64,000 nucleotides of DNA from Gammaproteobacteria bacterium. Its GTDB lineage: Bacteria; Pseudomonadota; Gammaproteobacteria; Steroidobacterales; Rariloculaceae. The notes below the pieces were generated by a model. That model ran no database searches. It had not been told where the DNA came from and worked only from the letters and a program-made list of their open reading frames with translations. Numbering within the stretch: position 1 is the stretch's first letter; every line of letters begins with the position of its first letter. Positions 38,506-48,475 of the stretch are shown one piece after another. Location: assembly GCA_036381015.1 (NCBI GenBank), contig DASVDR010000029.1, positions 96,676 through 160,675 of the forward strand. The letters run 5' to 3'. Position numbers and translations under genes: made by a program.

Positions 38506-39243
38506 ATGTCCCGCTCGACGCGATCACGCACACGCGAGCAGTCGGTGGACGAGGAATACGCCCGGCTCGCGGCGACATACGACGAGCGCTGGGCGTCGTA
38601 CATCGCCGCCTCGATCGGCTTGACGCTGAGCCGGCTGCCGCCCGAGCACCGCTTCGAGCGGATCCTCGACGTCGGCTGCGGCACCGGAGCGCTGCTCGCG
38701 CGGCTCTCGGCCCGCTTCCCGTCCGCGACGCTGCTCGGGGCGGACCCGAGCCTCGCGATGCTCACGGCAGCGCGGTCCCGTGCGATCGGGCGCGCGGCGC
38801 TCGTCGCCGCGCGAGCCGAGGCGCTACCGTTCCCGGACGCTTGCTTCGATCTGCTCGTCTCGACGAGCGCGATGCATTACTTCGCCGATCTCGACGCCGC
38901 GGCCGCCGAGCTGTATCGCGTGATCGCACCGGGGGGCGCTTTGTCGATCACCGACTGGTGCCGCGACTTCCTCACGATGCGGGCGCTCGATCGCGTGATG
39001 CGAATGCGCGGAAAGGCGAATTTCACGATGCTCCGCAGCGGCGATTGCGAGCGTCTGCTGCGGAGCGTGGGCTTCGAGGAGATCGTGATCGAGCGGCGGC
39101 GGATCGGCGTGCTGTGGGGATTGATGGTCGTGAGCGCGCGCAAGCCGGCGGCCCTCGACGAGCGCGCGCGCCGGCGAGGAGCCCTTCGGGGCGCTCGACG
39201 CTCGCAGGCGCTGCCGTATCCGAATCGCTGCCCCGGGCCGTAA
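38506..39243 (+). CDS. Class I SAM-dependent methyltransferase
   Basis: ILDVGCGTGALL motif I. FDLLVSTSAMHYF. APGGALSITDW. Confidence 0.85.
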   Translation: MSRSTRSRTREQSVDEEYARLAATYDERWASYIAASIGLTLSRLPPEHRFERILDVGCGTGALLARLSARFPSATLLGADPSLAMLTAARSRAIGRAALVAARAEALPFPDACFDLLVSTSAMHYFADLDAAAAELYRVIAPGGALSITDWCRDFLTMRALDRVMRMRGKANFTMLRSGDCERLLRSVGFEEIVIERRRIGVLWGLMVVSARKPAALDERARRRGALRGARRSQALPYPNRCPGP

Positions 39244-39485
39244 GCAGGGATCGAGGTCGACGACCGGAAGCGGTCCATCCTGCGTCTCCGCGGAGAGACA
39301 CGTTGCAGGCGTCGAAGCACGCGCGTAGCTTCGGCTCGAAACTCGCGCGCCGCGCACGGGTACGAGGGTCGGCATGAAGCCCTGCGCGCGCACGAACATC
39401 GAGGCGGAATCCGATACCCCCCACTGCGCCGGCACATTGCCGTGCCGCGCGTTTGCCCCAGTCCGCTTGAAACAGGGGGTTCCTG

Positions 39486-41114
39486 ATGATCACGCGATTC
39501 GCTCGCCCAAGCATATATGCTCTTGTAGGCACGACTATCTTTCTATTGGTATTGGCCCCGCGGACAGGCAGCGCGCAGCTCGCGGAGTGCCAGCAAATCG
39601 ACCAGGGACTGCTGATCGACGCGCCCGGCGGCTGCATTTCGAGGCCGCTGCGGGACCAAATCGGCCCCGGTCAAGGCGGCGTCGTGACCCCGGGCTCGTC
39701 GATCTACCTGATCAAGCGCGATCCCGCGCGCGCTATTCGCAGAGGACGGCAAGTTTTTCAGCGCAAGTTCACTGCAAGCGAGGGCCTGGGCCCGCGCGTC
39801 AGCTTTACTTCCGAAGGCGACGTGACGGCGACGCGCGCGCTCGGCGCGGGACTGGCGGACAGTTGCGCGGCATGCCACGGACGGCCGAGGGGTGCCGCCG
39901 GAAACGGCGGCGACGTCGCCACGTTTCCGGACAGCCGTGACGCGCCGCACCTTTTCGGACTCGGGCTCATCGAGATGCTGGCCGACGAGATGACCGCGGA
40001 TTTACGCGCGATTCGCGACGACGCCCTGGCCGCGGCCGCAGGCAAACGACGTGCCCCCGTCAGGCGGGAGCTCGTCAGCAAGGGCGTCGACTTCGGTGCG
40101 ATCACCGCGTTCCCGAACGGCCGCGTCGACACATCCAAGGTGGAAGGCGTCAGCGCCGATCTGCGAGTCCGCCCCTTCTTTGCCGAAGGCCGCTCGGCGT
40201 CGATTCGGGAGTTCGTGATCGGCGCGTTCAACGACGAGATGGGGCTTCAAGTGTGGGACCCGATCCTGTGTGACGCGACCGATCCGGACGAGCCCCAAGC
40301 GCGCGAAAGCCCGGCCGGATTCGTCTTCGATCCGGCAACGGACACCTTCAACCGGCCGCCGAGCTGCGATCGTATCGAAGACCCCGATGCGGACGGCGTT
40401 TCCGGGGAAGTGGATCCCGCTCTGGTGGACTATCTCGAGTTCTACTTCTTGAACTACTTCAAACCGGCGCGCTACCGGAGCACGGCGCGAGCCGAACAAG
40501 GGCTCGAGCTCATGAAGAGCATCGGATGTACGTCCTGCCACGTCCAGAATCTGACGATCGAGCGCGACCGGCGTATCGCCGACGTGGTGACGACCTATGA
40601 TCCTTCCCGCGGCTTCTTCAACGAGCTGTTTGCGGAGGTCTATCCGCTGATGGTGGAGGAGGACGACGGGGAGCCTTACCCGCAAATGGTGCCTGCTCTG
40701 CAAGAGTTCGTCGTCGAGAACGTGTTCACCGACTTGAAGCGTCACGATCTCGGCCCGTACTTCGTCGAGAGAGACTACGACGGTTCACGCATCGAGGCCC
40801 ACGTTACCGAGCCCTTGTGGGGCGTGGGCAACACGGCTCCATACGGTCACGACGGACGCAGCGTGACTCTCGATGCCGTCATCCGCAGGCATCGGGGCGA
40901 GGCCGCGGCCGTCACCGATGCCTATCTCGCGCTCAGCGACGACGATCAGGCGAAGATCGTGGATTTCCTCGAAACCTTGATCATCTTCCCGCCCGAGGAC
41001 ACGGCTTCGAATCTGAATCCCGGAACAGGGGAAGGGGACGTGCAGCAGCCGGAGAGCCACGGCAGCCTCGATCTCGGAGTGCTGTTCCAGAACGATTCCG
41101 ATGGGCCGGAATAG
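39486..41114 (+). CDS. Dihaem oxidoreductase/peroxidase-like protein (DUF1111 family), secreted
   Basis: Signal peptide. CAACH and CTSCH haem motifs. ..PLWGVGNTAPYGHDGRS.TLD..I..H.GEA typical of DUF1111. Confidence 0.85.
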   Translation: MITRFARPSIYALVGTTIFLLVLAPRTGSAQLAECQQIDQGLLIDAPGGCISRPLRDQIGPGQGGVVTPGSSIYLIKRDPARAIRRGRQVFQRKFTASEGLGPRVSFTSEGDVTATRALGAGLADSCAACHGRPRGAAGNGGDVATFPDSRDAPHLFGLGLIEMLADEMTADLRAIRDDALAAAAGKRRAPVRRELVSKGVDFGAITAFPNGRVDTSKVEGVSADLRVRPFFAEGRSASIREFVIGAFNDEMGLQVWDPILCDATDPDEPQARESPAGFVFDPATDTFNRPPSCDRIEDPDADGVSGEVDPALVDYLEFYFLNYFKPARYRSTARAEQGLELMKSIGCTSCHVQNLTIERDRRIADVVTTYDPSRGFFNELFAEVYPLMVEEDDGEPYPQMVPALQEFVVENVFTDLKRHDLGPYFVERDYDGSRIEAHVTEPLWGVGNTAPYGHDGRSVTLDAVIRRHRGEAAAVTDAYLALSDDDQAKIVDFLETLIIFPPEDTASNLNPGTGEGDVQQPESHGSLDLGVLFQNDSDGPE

Positions 41115-41206
41115 CGACGCGGCAGGGGTATGCGTCACGTCCGTATGCTCTCGTTCGCGACGCGCCGTCGCTCGTTCGCTGGCCGATGCAGGGGCGGGCG
41201 GCCTTG

Positions 41207-41794
41207 TCAGATCTTCGTTTCTGCTCGCGGCGCGATGACCCAAGAGCAGAGCGTCGTCGGCTCGCCGGGATAGGCGGTGAGGGCGGCCTGCGACGAACGG
41301 AAGTCGTGCCCCCGCGTGCGCGGGCCGGCGACGACCGCTTCGGCGAGCACGGCCGTCCAGCCCCGCCCCGCGGCCGCGAGCTCGTGCGCGAGGTCGGGAG
41401 CCGCGGTGCGGAGGACCCGGTGCGCCGCGGCTCCGCTGCCGTTCGGCTCGTGCTCGGCTTCGAAGACCACGCGAAGACCGTGCTCCCAGGCGAGGCGCTC
41501 GAGCACGAACAGCGCGGGCCGCTCGGTGAGGCCCGCGACGGCGCGGGGACCGGCCTTCCAGCGCGCGAGCAGCTCGTGCTGCCAGAGATCCGTGACGTCG
41601 CCTTCGATCGCGCGGAGCGGCGCACCGAGGAGCGCGGCGCGCGCGCCGAACTCGCGGGCTTCCGGGTGGCGCGAGTCGTAGACGACGGCCTCGAGCGCCG
41701 CCAGCTCGCGTCCCTCGGCGAACGCCGCTCGGCCCGCAAGAGGCGTGGCGGACAATGCCGCCGCGGTGCATAGGAATTCCCGCCTGTTCGTCAC
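41207..41794 (-). CDS. Tat-signal protein, function unknown
   Basis: MTNRREFLCTAAALSATPLAGRAAFA. 195 aa. Divergent from the AraC gene. Confidence 0.55.
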   Translation of the reverse strand: MTNRREFLCTAAALSATPLAGRAAFAEGRELAALEAVVYDSRHPEAREFGARAALLGAPLRAIEGDVTDLWQHELLARWKAGPRAVAGLTERPALFVLERLAWEHGLRVVFEAEHEPNGSGAAAHRVLRTAAPDLAHELAAAGRGWTAVLAEAVVAGPRTRGHDFRSSQAALTAYPGEPTTLCSWVIAPRAETKI

Positions 41795-42138
41795 GACGCG
41801 CTCCCCTCGGCCGTGGGCCTGGCGCGCTCAGGCTCTCACGGCCGCGCCTCGAAGATCAAGTCGAACGGCGTTTCGAGCACACGCCGAAACCGCGTGAAGC
41901 CTGCGCGGATCAGACCGAGCGCAGGCACGCGTCGCCCGCCTGCGCGCCGAGCGCGAGAGCGACTTTCTGCGCGAGGGAGCGCGGGTTCCGATGGCTTGCA
42001 GCCGCACGGAGTGTCCGTGCACTATCAGCGCGTGAGCTTTGCCGTGCGGCGCGGCGTTTGCTCGGTCGGCCGCGCGGCGCGTGCCGATCGATCGGCCGCG
42101 AGACTTGGCGCATCCACCGACAGAGACGGACGCGAGCC

Positions 42139-43122
42139 ATGGACGCCCTCTCCGAGCTGCTCCGCGCCGTGAAGCTTTCCGGCGCCATGTTCTACGTCGC
42201 CGAGTGCTCGAAGCCCTGGCGGGTGCTCGCGCCGCCGGGCCACAAGCTCGGGCGATACGTGGCCCCGAACGCGAGCCATGTGATCGAGTTCCATCTCGCG
42301 ACGCTCGGCTCGGGCTACGTCCGAGTCGACGACGAGACCACGCCGTTTTCCGCGGGCGATCTGTTCATGATTCCGCACGGGGACGAGCACGAGATGGGCA
42401 ACGGCTCGGACGCCGAGCTCGTCGATGCCTCCGTCACTCTGCCGGCGCTGCTCACCGGCGACACGATCCGGTCGCGTTTCGGCGGCGGGGGAGAGGAGAC
42501 GCACCTCGTTTGCGGCTACCTCGCGTGCGAAGCCGCGCTCATTCGGCCCGTGCTCGCCGGATTGCCGCGCGTCGTGCGCGTGCATCTTCGCAACGACCGC
42601 GCGGGCGAATGGCTCGAGAACTCGATCGTGCATGCCGTCGAGCGGGCGGCGGCCGCGGCGCCGGGCAGTGACGTGATCCTCGCGCGGCTCGCGGAGGTGC
42701 TGTTCGCCGAGGCGCTTCAGCGGTACGTCGTGCAGGTTTCGCCGGGCCGCAGCGGCTGGCTCGCGGGCGCGCTCGACCCGGCCGTTGGACGGAGCCTCGC
42801 GGCGCTCCATCGCCGGCCCTCGCACGCATGGACGCTCGACGAGCTGGCCCAGGAAGCCGCCATCTCTCGGTCCGCGTTGACGGAACGGTTCGCGCGCTAT
42901 CTCGGCCAGTCGCCGATGGCGTATCTCGCGGATTGGCGGCTCGAGCTGGGCGCGGAAGCGTTGCGCACGACGAGCCGCAGCGTGCTGCAGATCGCGACCG
43001 AGGTCGGCTACGAGTCCGAGGCCGCCTTCAACCGGGCGTTCAAGCGCCGCTTCGGCAAGCCGCCTGCGCAATATCGTCGCGCCGCGAGGGAGCAGCGCAA
43101 GGCGTTGGCGCGGTCCGCGTAG
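42139..43122 (+). CDS. AraC-family transcriptional regulator with N-terminal cupin domain
   Basis: MDALSELLRAVKLSGAMFY.. (Cupin_6-type). C-terminal HTH ..WTLDELAQEAAISRSALTERF..GQSPMAYL..WRL..A...L......V..IA.EVGYESEAAFNRAFKR.FG.PP..YR. Confidence 0.9.
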   Translation: MDALSELLRAVKLSGAMFYVAECSKPWRVLAPPGHKLGRYVAPNASHVIEFHLATLGSGYVRVDDETTPFSAGDLFMIPHGDEHEMGNGSDAELVDASVTLPALLTGDTIRSRFGGGGEETHLVCGYLACEAALIRPVLAGLPRVVRVHLRNDRAGEWLENSIVHAVERAAAAAPGSDVILARLAEVLFAEALQRYVVQVSPGRSGWLAGALDPAVGRSLAALHRRPSHAWTLDELAQEAAISRSALTERFARYLGQSPMAYLADWRLELGAEALRTTSRSVLQIATEVGYESEAAFNRAFKRRFGKPPAQYRRAAREQRKALARSA

Positions 43123-43138
43123 TCGCGTGACACTGTCC

Positions 43139-43168
43139 GAGAACAACGGAGAACAACGGAGAACAACC
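43139..43168 (+). repeat. Three perfect tandem 10-bp repeats (GAGAACAACG/G/C) abutting the start codon of the VOC gene
   Basis: GAGAACAACG GAGAACAACG GAGAACAACC, then ATG at 43169. The repeat junctions form SD-like GGAG at two points within the array. Confidence 0.9.
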
Positions 43169-43651
43169 ATGCAACGAACGATGACGGCGGTCCTGGGGCT
43201 CACTGCGGCGATTTGGCTCGGTGCGGCTCACGCGGACACCACGGTGCTCGCGGTGCGGCTCGGCGCCGACGATGTCCCCGCGCTCGCGAAGTTCTACGAA
43301 ACCGCCTTCGGGTTGAAGGAGATCGACCACGTCGGGGACCCGCCGACCGAGATCATCATGCGCTACGGCGACACCGTCGCCGCGGCGAAGGCCGGCTCGT
43401 CGCCGGAATTTCTCGTCGCTCGACGCGAAGCCGGCGCGAAGCCAGGCGAGATCGCGCACGCGATCTTTCGCGTTTCGGACATCGCCGCCGCAGTGGCGGC
43501 CGCGAAGGCCGCCGGCGCCACGGTGAATGGCGACGTGGTTTCGGTCCCGATCGGCGGCACGCCGATCAAGATCGCGACGATGGTCGACCCGCAGGGCAAC
43601 GTGCTCGAGATCATGGAGCTGCCGGACGGACTCGACCACCTCCCGCACTGA
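43169..43651 (+). CDS. Secreted VOC (glyoxalase/bleomycin-resistance fold) family protein
   Basis: Inner ATG MQRTMTAVLGLTAAIWLGAAHA (signal). FYETAFGLKE ... ATMVDPQGNVLEIME. Confidence 0.7.
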   Translation: MQRTMTAVLGLTAAIWLGAAHADTTVLAVRLGADDVPALAKFYETAFGLKEIDHVGDPPTEIIMRYGDTVAAAKAGSSPEFLVARREAGAKPGEIAHAIFRVSDIAAAVAAAKAAGATVNGDVVSVPIGGTPIKIATMVDPQGNVLEIMELPDGLDHLPH

Positions 43652-43787
43652 AGGCGCGCCGCGCCGAGCGGCGGCTCGCCGCGATCGGGATCCTCCTCGC
43701 TCGCTGACGAGGCCGAAAAGCTCGTCTAAGATAGGCCGATAAGCGCCTCGGGCAACGAAACGGCGCATTTGCACGAGGGGGGATTCG

Positions 43788-45716
43788 ATGATCCATGGCG
43801 CGCGCAGCGGCGTGTGGGCCCATACGCTGCTGCTGCTTGCAGGCTCCGCAACGTCCGCGGCGCAGGCCCAGCCCCTGGTCGGCCGCACGGCAACGCCGCC
43901 CGATATCGTCGGGGAATGGCAGCTCGAGGGCAGCGAGGATCGGGGCGCGGTGGGCAGCCTCCAGCCGAACCCTCAGGATTACCTCGGGATTCCGTTCAAC
44001 GATGCAGGCCGCATGCGCTCCGACACGACGGCCGAATCGATCTGGGGCACGCCGGAATATCAGTGCCGCCCGCATTCCGCTCCGCATCAGTGGCGAGGGC
44101 TCGGCGGCGCGCGCATCTTGAGCGAGCTCGACCCGTTGACGCGCGAGGTCCGGGCCTATCACTTCCAGTTCTGGCGTTCGCTGGACCGACCGGTGTTCAT
44201 GGACGGCCGCCCCCATCCGCCGCCTTGGGCGCCGCACAGCTGGAGCGGCTTTTCGACCGGAGAGTGGGTCGGTAACACGCTCGTGATCAGGACGACGCAC
44301 CTGAAGGACGGGTTTCTGAGGCGCGGCGGCCCGCAGACCAGCGACATGCTGACGATGACCGAATACCTCACGCGGCATGACGACATGCTCACCATCGTCC
44401 AAGTAACGGACGACCCCGTCTACCTGGAAGAGCCGATGGTGCTGTCGACGATCTATCTCTACGCTCCGGACAGCCGGGTCAATCTGGAGCTCTGCAATGC
44501 CGGCACGTTCGCCGAGTCCGGCGGGACGAATCCTCATTTCGTCCCGCATCTGCTGCCGGGCCAGGACTTGCTGGTCCACGACTGGCTGCCGAACGAGCCG
44601 TGGGTGCCGTTCGATGCGGTGCGCGGCGGCGCGAAGACGATTTATCCGGAATACCGGCGCGTGCTCGACGGATCGACGACGGTCGACGCGCTCGAAGTGC
44701 CGGTGTCCGCCCCCGAGATCACGGCTCGGGCGAAGATCGATGCCCAGAGCCCTCGGGACGGTCAGGTTCACGTGATGCCCGTGCAGGGCAATATCTACAT
44801 GGTCATCGCCGACGGCAGGAATCTCGCCGTATCCGTGGGTCCGGACGGCATGATGCTTGTGAACACGGGACCGGCCGAGATGGGCGAGAAGCTCAAGAAA
44901 ACGCTGTCGGAGCTCGCGGCGCGAACCGCCGCGCCGGCGCCGAATCGGTGTTTCGGCCTGGAATGCCCGAACGTCCCGAGCGGCTTCACGAGCCCGTACA
45001 TGAATACCGTGATCAGCTCGCCGGCCCCGCCCAGACCGTTGCGGTACATCATCAACACAAACGCCGCGCCGCACAACGTCGGCGGCAACGCCTTGCTGGC
45101 GCCGGAAGGGATGGGGCGCGACGGCGGCGCAAGGATCATCGCTCACGAGAACACGCTGATCACGATGTCCGGGCCGGCAGACGATCCGTGGTCGACGAAT
45201 TTCGAGGCCTGGCCGACCGAGTCCTTTTACAGCGACATCTACAAGATGACGTCCTATTTCAACGGCGAACCCGTGATCGCCTACTCGACGCCCGCGACGA
45301 CCGACGGCGACATCATCGTCTTCTTCCGCCATTCCGAGGTCATCGCCGCCGGCGACATCTTTTCCACTGTCGAATACCCTCGCTTCGATCTGTCCCGAGG
45401 CGGCAGCATCCAGGGCGTCATCGACGGTCTCAACGCCATCCTCGACCTGGCCGTGGCGGAGTACCGCTCTCAAGGCGGCACCTGGATCATTCCCGGCAGA
45501 GGCAGGCTCTCCGACACGGCGGACGTGGCGTCGTATCGCAACATGGTGCAGATCATCCACGACCGCATAAAGGCGCTGATCGACGAGGGGATGACGCTGG
45601 AGGAAGTGCTCGCCGCGCGGCCGACGTACGACTTCGACGCACGTTACGGCACCGACAGCGGCGACTGGACCACGGCCATGTTCGTGGAAGCGGTTTACCG
45701 CAGTCTCAGCAACTGA
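43788..45716 (+). CDS. Secreted fusion protein: N-terminal recurring unknown domain plus C-terminal MBL-fold domain lacking the canonical metal ligands
   Basis: Signal ..LLLLAGSATSAAQA. N-domain ..STGEWVGNTLVIRTTHLKDG...MTEYLTRHDDMLTIVQVTDDPVYLEEP. C-domain is homologous to the 56334..57260 MBL, but HxHxDH reads NTNAAPHNVGGN and AHTDGD reads ATTDGD. Confidence 0.75.
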   Translation: MIHGARSGVWAHTLLLLAGSATSAAQAQPLVGRTATPPDIVGEWQLEGSEDRGAVGSLQPNPQDYLGIPFNDAGRMRSDTTAESIWGTPEYQCRPHSAPHQWRGLGGARILSELDPLTREVRAYHFQFWRSLDRPVFMDGRPHPPPWAPHSWSGFSTGEWVGNTLVIRTTHLKDGFLRRGGPQTSDMLTMTEYLTRHDDMLTIVQVTDDPVYLEEPMVLSTIYLYAPDSRVNLELCNAGTFAESGGTNPHFVPHLLPGQDLLVHDWLPNEPWVPFDAVRGGAKTIYPEYRRVLDGSTTVDALEVPVSAPEITARAKIDAQSPRDGQVHVMPVQGNIYMVIADGRNLAVSVGPDGMMLVNTGPAEMGEKLKKTLSELAARTAAPAPNRCFGLECPNVPSGFTSPYMNTVISSPAPPRPLRYIINTNAAPHNVGGNALLAPEGMGRDGGARIIAHENTLITMSGPADDPWSTNFEAWPTESFYSDIYKMTSYFNGEPVIAYSTPATTDGDIIVFFRHSEVIAAGDIFSTVEYPRFDLSRGGSIQGVIDGLNAILDLAVAEYRSQGGTWIIPGRGRLSDTADVASYRNMVQIIHDRIKALIDEGMTLEEVLAARPTYDFDARYGTDSGDWTTAMFVEAVYRSLSN

Positions 45717-45788
45717 CGTGAAATCAGGGACGCTTCGATCGAGGGGCCCGCGCCAGGGAGACCACATTCGATTCGTGAGGACGATGTC

Positions 45789-46190
45789 ATGCGACCGAGC
45801 ATTGCCTTGCTGACCCTGGCCGCCTCGAGCCTGCTTTCGAGCGGGCAGGCGAACGCCCACCATTCCTATGCCGCCACGTACGACGTATCCCGAACCGTGC
45901 GGCTCGAGGGCCGGCTCGTGCGCTTCGAATACCGCAGCCCGCACTCCTATCTGCACTTGGTCGTGAAGGGTGAGGACGGTGAAACGCAGCGCTGGGCCGT
46001 CGAATGGGCCGCGCCGAGCTCGCTGGTCCGACAAGGCGTCTCGCGCGATACGCTGCGCACCGGGGACGAGCTCATCGTGGTCGCCCGGCCGTCGCGCGCG
46101 CAGGGCGAGTTTCGCAGCCTGATGCTGACGCTGGAGCGCCCCGCCGACGGGCTCAAATGGGGCACGAATCCCGACGAAGTGGTGGACTGA
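45789..46190 (+). CDS. Small secreted protein, DUF6152-like (mature N-terminus His-His)
   Basis: Signal ..SSGQANA followed by HHSYAATYD. 133 aa. Family name is from memory of similar 'AHHS' proteins and is not verified. Confidence 0.6.
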   Translation: MRPSIALLTLAASSLLSSGQANAHHSYAATYDVSRTVRLEGRLVRFEYRSPHSYLHLVVKGEDGETQRWAVEWAAPSSLVRQGVSRDTLRTGDELIVVARPSRAQGEFRSLMLTLERPADGLKWGTNPDEVVD

Positions 46191-46192
46191 TC

Positions 46193-46921
46193 GTGTCGGC
46201 AGTCGTGAAGCTCGGCTTCGGCTTCGTCGCAGCGATCGGCGCGAGCACGAATCTCGCGCTGGCGCAGCCCGGCGAGACCGCGGGAACGGCCCGCGAATCG
46301 GCCCCGATCGATCTCACCGGATACTGGGTCTCGGTGGTCTTCGAAGACTGGAAATACCGCATGGTCACACCGAGTCCCGGTATCTTCGACGGCATACCGC
46401 TCAACGCCGACGGCCGAAATGTCGGCGAAGCCTGGGATCCGGAAGCCGACGAGGCGGCAGGCGATGCGTGCAAGGCGTACGGCGCGCCGGCCATCATGCG
46501 TCTGCCCGGTCGCTTCCGCATCAGCTGGGAAGACGACCAGACGCTGCGGATCGACACCGACAACGGCGAGCAGACTCGCCTGTTGCACTTCACGGAAACT
46601 TCCGCGGGCGCACCGACGCGTCAGGGCCGTTCGTTCGCGGAGTGGCAACCGGCGCCCGGCGGCACGGGCGGCAGCTTGAAAGTGACGACCGACAATCTGC
46701 TACCGGGCTACATACGCAAGAACGGCGCTCCGTACAGCGAGCTCACGACGATGACGGAGTACTACGACCTGCATACGCTCCCGAACGGCGACATTTACCT
46801 CACGATCACGACGCGGGTCACGGACCCGCGGTATTTCCGCGGCCCGGCAATGACCAGCACCGACCTGCGCAAGCTGCCGGACGACCGGGGCTGGAACCCG
46901 ACGCCCTGCACCGGGCGCTAG
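46193..46921 (+). CDS. Secreted protein of unknown function (third copy of the recurring domain)
   Basis: GTG start 2 nt after the upstream stop. Signal VKLGFGFVAAIGASTNLALAQP. ..GGSLKVTTDNLLPGYIRKNGAPYSELTTMTEYYDL....ITTRVTDPRYF. Confidence 0.6.
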   Translation: MSAVVKLGFGFVAAIGASTNLALAQPGETAGTARESAPIDLTGYWVSVVFEDWKYRMVTPSPGIFDGIPLNADGRNVGEAWDPEADEAAGDACKAYGAPAIMRLPGRFRISWEDDQTLRIDTDNGEQTRLLHFTETSAGAPTRQGRSFAEWQPAPGGTGGSLKVTTDNLLPGYIRKNGAPYSELTTMTEYYDLHTLPNGDIYLTITTRVTDPRYFRGPAMTSTDLRKLPDDRGWNPTPCTGR

Positions 46922-46943
46922 GCGCCGACGAGGTCCGCGCGCG

Positions 46944-47420
46944 CTAGCGTCGATCGAGCTTCTTCGTCTCGGCGCGGAGCCGCCGCGCGTTGCGCGTCAG
47001 GAAATCGGCGATGACGGCGAGCTCGCGGTCCGAGTAGTGCTCGAGGAGCCGGCGCAAGGAGCGCTGGGTGGAGGCGAACATGTCGCGGGCGCCGTGGAGG
47101 TGCTCCAAGACGGGCTCGACCAGCACGCGCCGGCGGTCCCGGTCGTCCTGCATTCGCCGCGCAAACCCCTTGCGCTCGAGCCGATCGATGAGGTTGGTGA
47201 CCGAAGCCGTAGCGAGACCGGACTGCCGCGCGATCTCGCCCGCGCTCATCGCGCCGAACCTCTCGAGCAGGCCGAGGACCTTGTAGTCGGTGGGGTGAAG
47301 CTCCATGAGGCTCGCGACGATCGCGTGAAACAGCACCGTCGCATCGCTGTGCTCGCGCCCGGCCTTCGCCAGCTCCGCGAGAAGATCCTCGCGTGGGCGA
47401 GGCCGTGACCTCGAAGTCAT
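46944..47420 (-). CDS. MarR-family transcriptional regulator
   Basis: ..LHPTDYKVLGLLERFGAMSAGEIARQSGLATASVTNLIDRLERKGFARRMQDDRDRRRVLVE. Confidence 0.9.
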   Translation of the reverse strand: MTSRSRPRPREDLLAELAKAGREHSDATVLFHAIVASLMELHPTDYKVLGLLERFGAMSAGEIARQSGLATASVTNLIDRLERKGFARRMQDDRDRRRVLVEPVLEHLHGARDMFASTQRSLRRLLEHYSDRELAVIADFLTRNARRLRAETKKLDRR

Positions 47421-47433
47421 CGTTTCTCCCGAG

Positions 47434-47892
47434 CTAGCCGAGCCGCGCGGCGGATACGAGCGCGGTGAGCAATGCCCCGCAGGTCAAGAGGTCCAGCGGC
47501 AGCCGGCCGATGCTCCGCCGGCTCCACCTGCGCGCCGCCGCGGGGTCGACGCTCGCCGGATCCGCGCGCTCGAAGGCGAGGGCTTTCGGGATGAAGTCGA
47601 ACGCGGACCAGATTCGCATGACCGCATGGCTCGCGAGGGCCACGAGCAGCGGCGCGCGCACATCGGGCTCACGCCACGTGACCACGAGCGAGACGATCAG
47701 CGCGAGTTCGAACACCGTGTGAGCGGGGATCCAGAAGCGCTTGCGCGAGATACCGCCGCGCTGCGGCTGAATGAGCTCCGGGCGGCGCGGCCAGAACGGA
47801 TCGACGACCAGAAACTCGTAGAGCCCGCCGCCGAGCGACGCCAGACCCAAGGCCGTCGTCAGCGCGACGACGACCAGGGAAGAGGTAGACAT
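47434..47892 (-). CDS. Small 4-TM membrane protein (DUF1772/anthrone-oxygenase-like), upstream of marR
   Basis: 152 aa with four hydrophobic helices. The family call is tentative. Confidence 0.55.
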   Translation of the reverse strand: MSTSSLVVVALTTALGLASLGGGLYEFLVVDPFWPRRPELIQPQRGGISRKRFWIPAHTVFELALIVSLVVTWREPDVRAPLLVALASHAVMRIWSAFDFIPKALAFERADPASVDPAAARRWSRRSIGRLPLDLLTCGALLTALVSAARLG

Positions 47893-48069
47893 TCCGTGCC
47901 TCCTTGTTCATCTCGAGTTCCTCTCTTGTGGAAGATATTACGGTACACCGAGAGATCGTGTAAAGAGCTGCACGAACGCCGGGCGGCGCGGATCGCGTCC
48001 GTCCTTCCTCGCTTCCGCAGCCCATCCTTCCATTTGAAACTAAAATGGAACGTGCTATTCTCTATTGGT

Positions 48070-48417
48070 ATGTCTAATAAAGAACCGGCCAGGGCACAGT
48101 TCCTCCGCGGCACGCTCGATCTCATGATCCTGCAATCGTTGGCGGCGATGGGGCCGATGCACGGCTATGCGATCGCCGCGCGGCTCGAGCAGGCATCGGG
48201 CGGCGCGCTCCTGCCCAACATGGGCACACTCTATCCCGGGCTGATGCGCCTCGAGCAGCGCGGCCTCATTCGCGCGAATTGGGGTACCACGGAGAACAAC
48301 CGGCAGGCGCGCTTTTACTCGATCACGGCGGCAGGGCGCCGGCATCTCGCAGCCGAGAAGAAGTCCTGGGAGCAAATGGTGGCGATCATGCAGACGCTGT
48401 TCGGTGAGCCGACGTGA
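48070..48417 (+). CDS. PadR-family transcriptional regulator (second copy)
   Basis: FLRGTLDLMILQSLAAMGPMHGYAIAARLEQ...GTLYPGLMRLEQRGLIRANWGTTENNRQARFYSITAAGR. Inner ATG of ORF 47626..48417. Confidence 0.9.
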   Translation: MSNKEPARAQFLRGTLDLMILQSLAAMGPMHGYAIAARLEQASGGALLPNMGTLYPGLMRLEQRGLIRANWGTTENNRQARFYSITAAGRRHLAAEKKSWEQMVAIMQTLFGEPT

Positions 48418-48475
48418 GAGGGGCCGGTGCCGGAGCGGGCGCCGGCGAACGCGCCGGCCGAGCGCGGGGCAGCCC

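Noticed and set aside
39244-39485. Minus-strand reading ..NVPAQWGVSDSASMFVRAQGFMPTLVP.. suggesting another gene relic
   Set aside because: No family motif could be recognised and the evidence is too weak.
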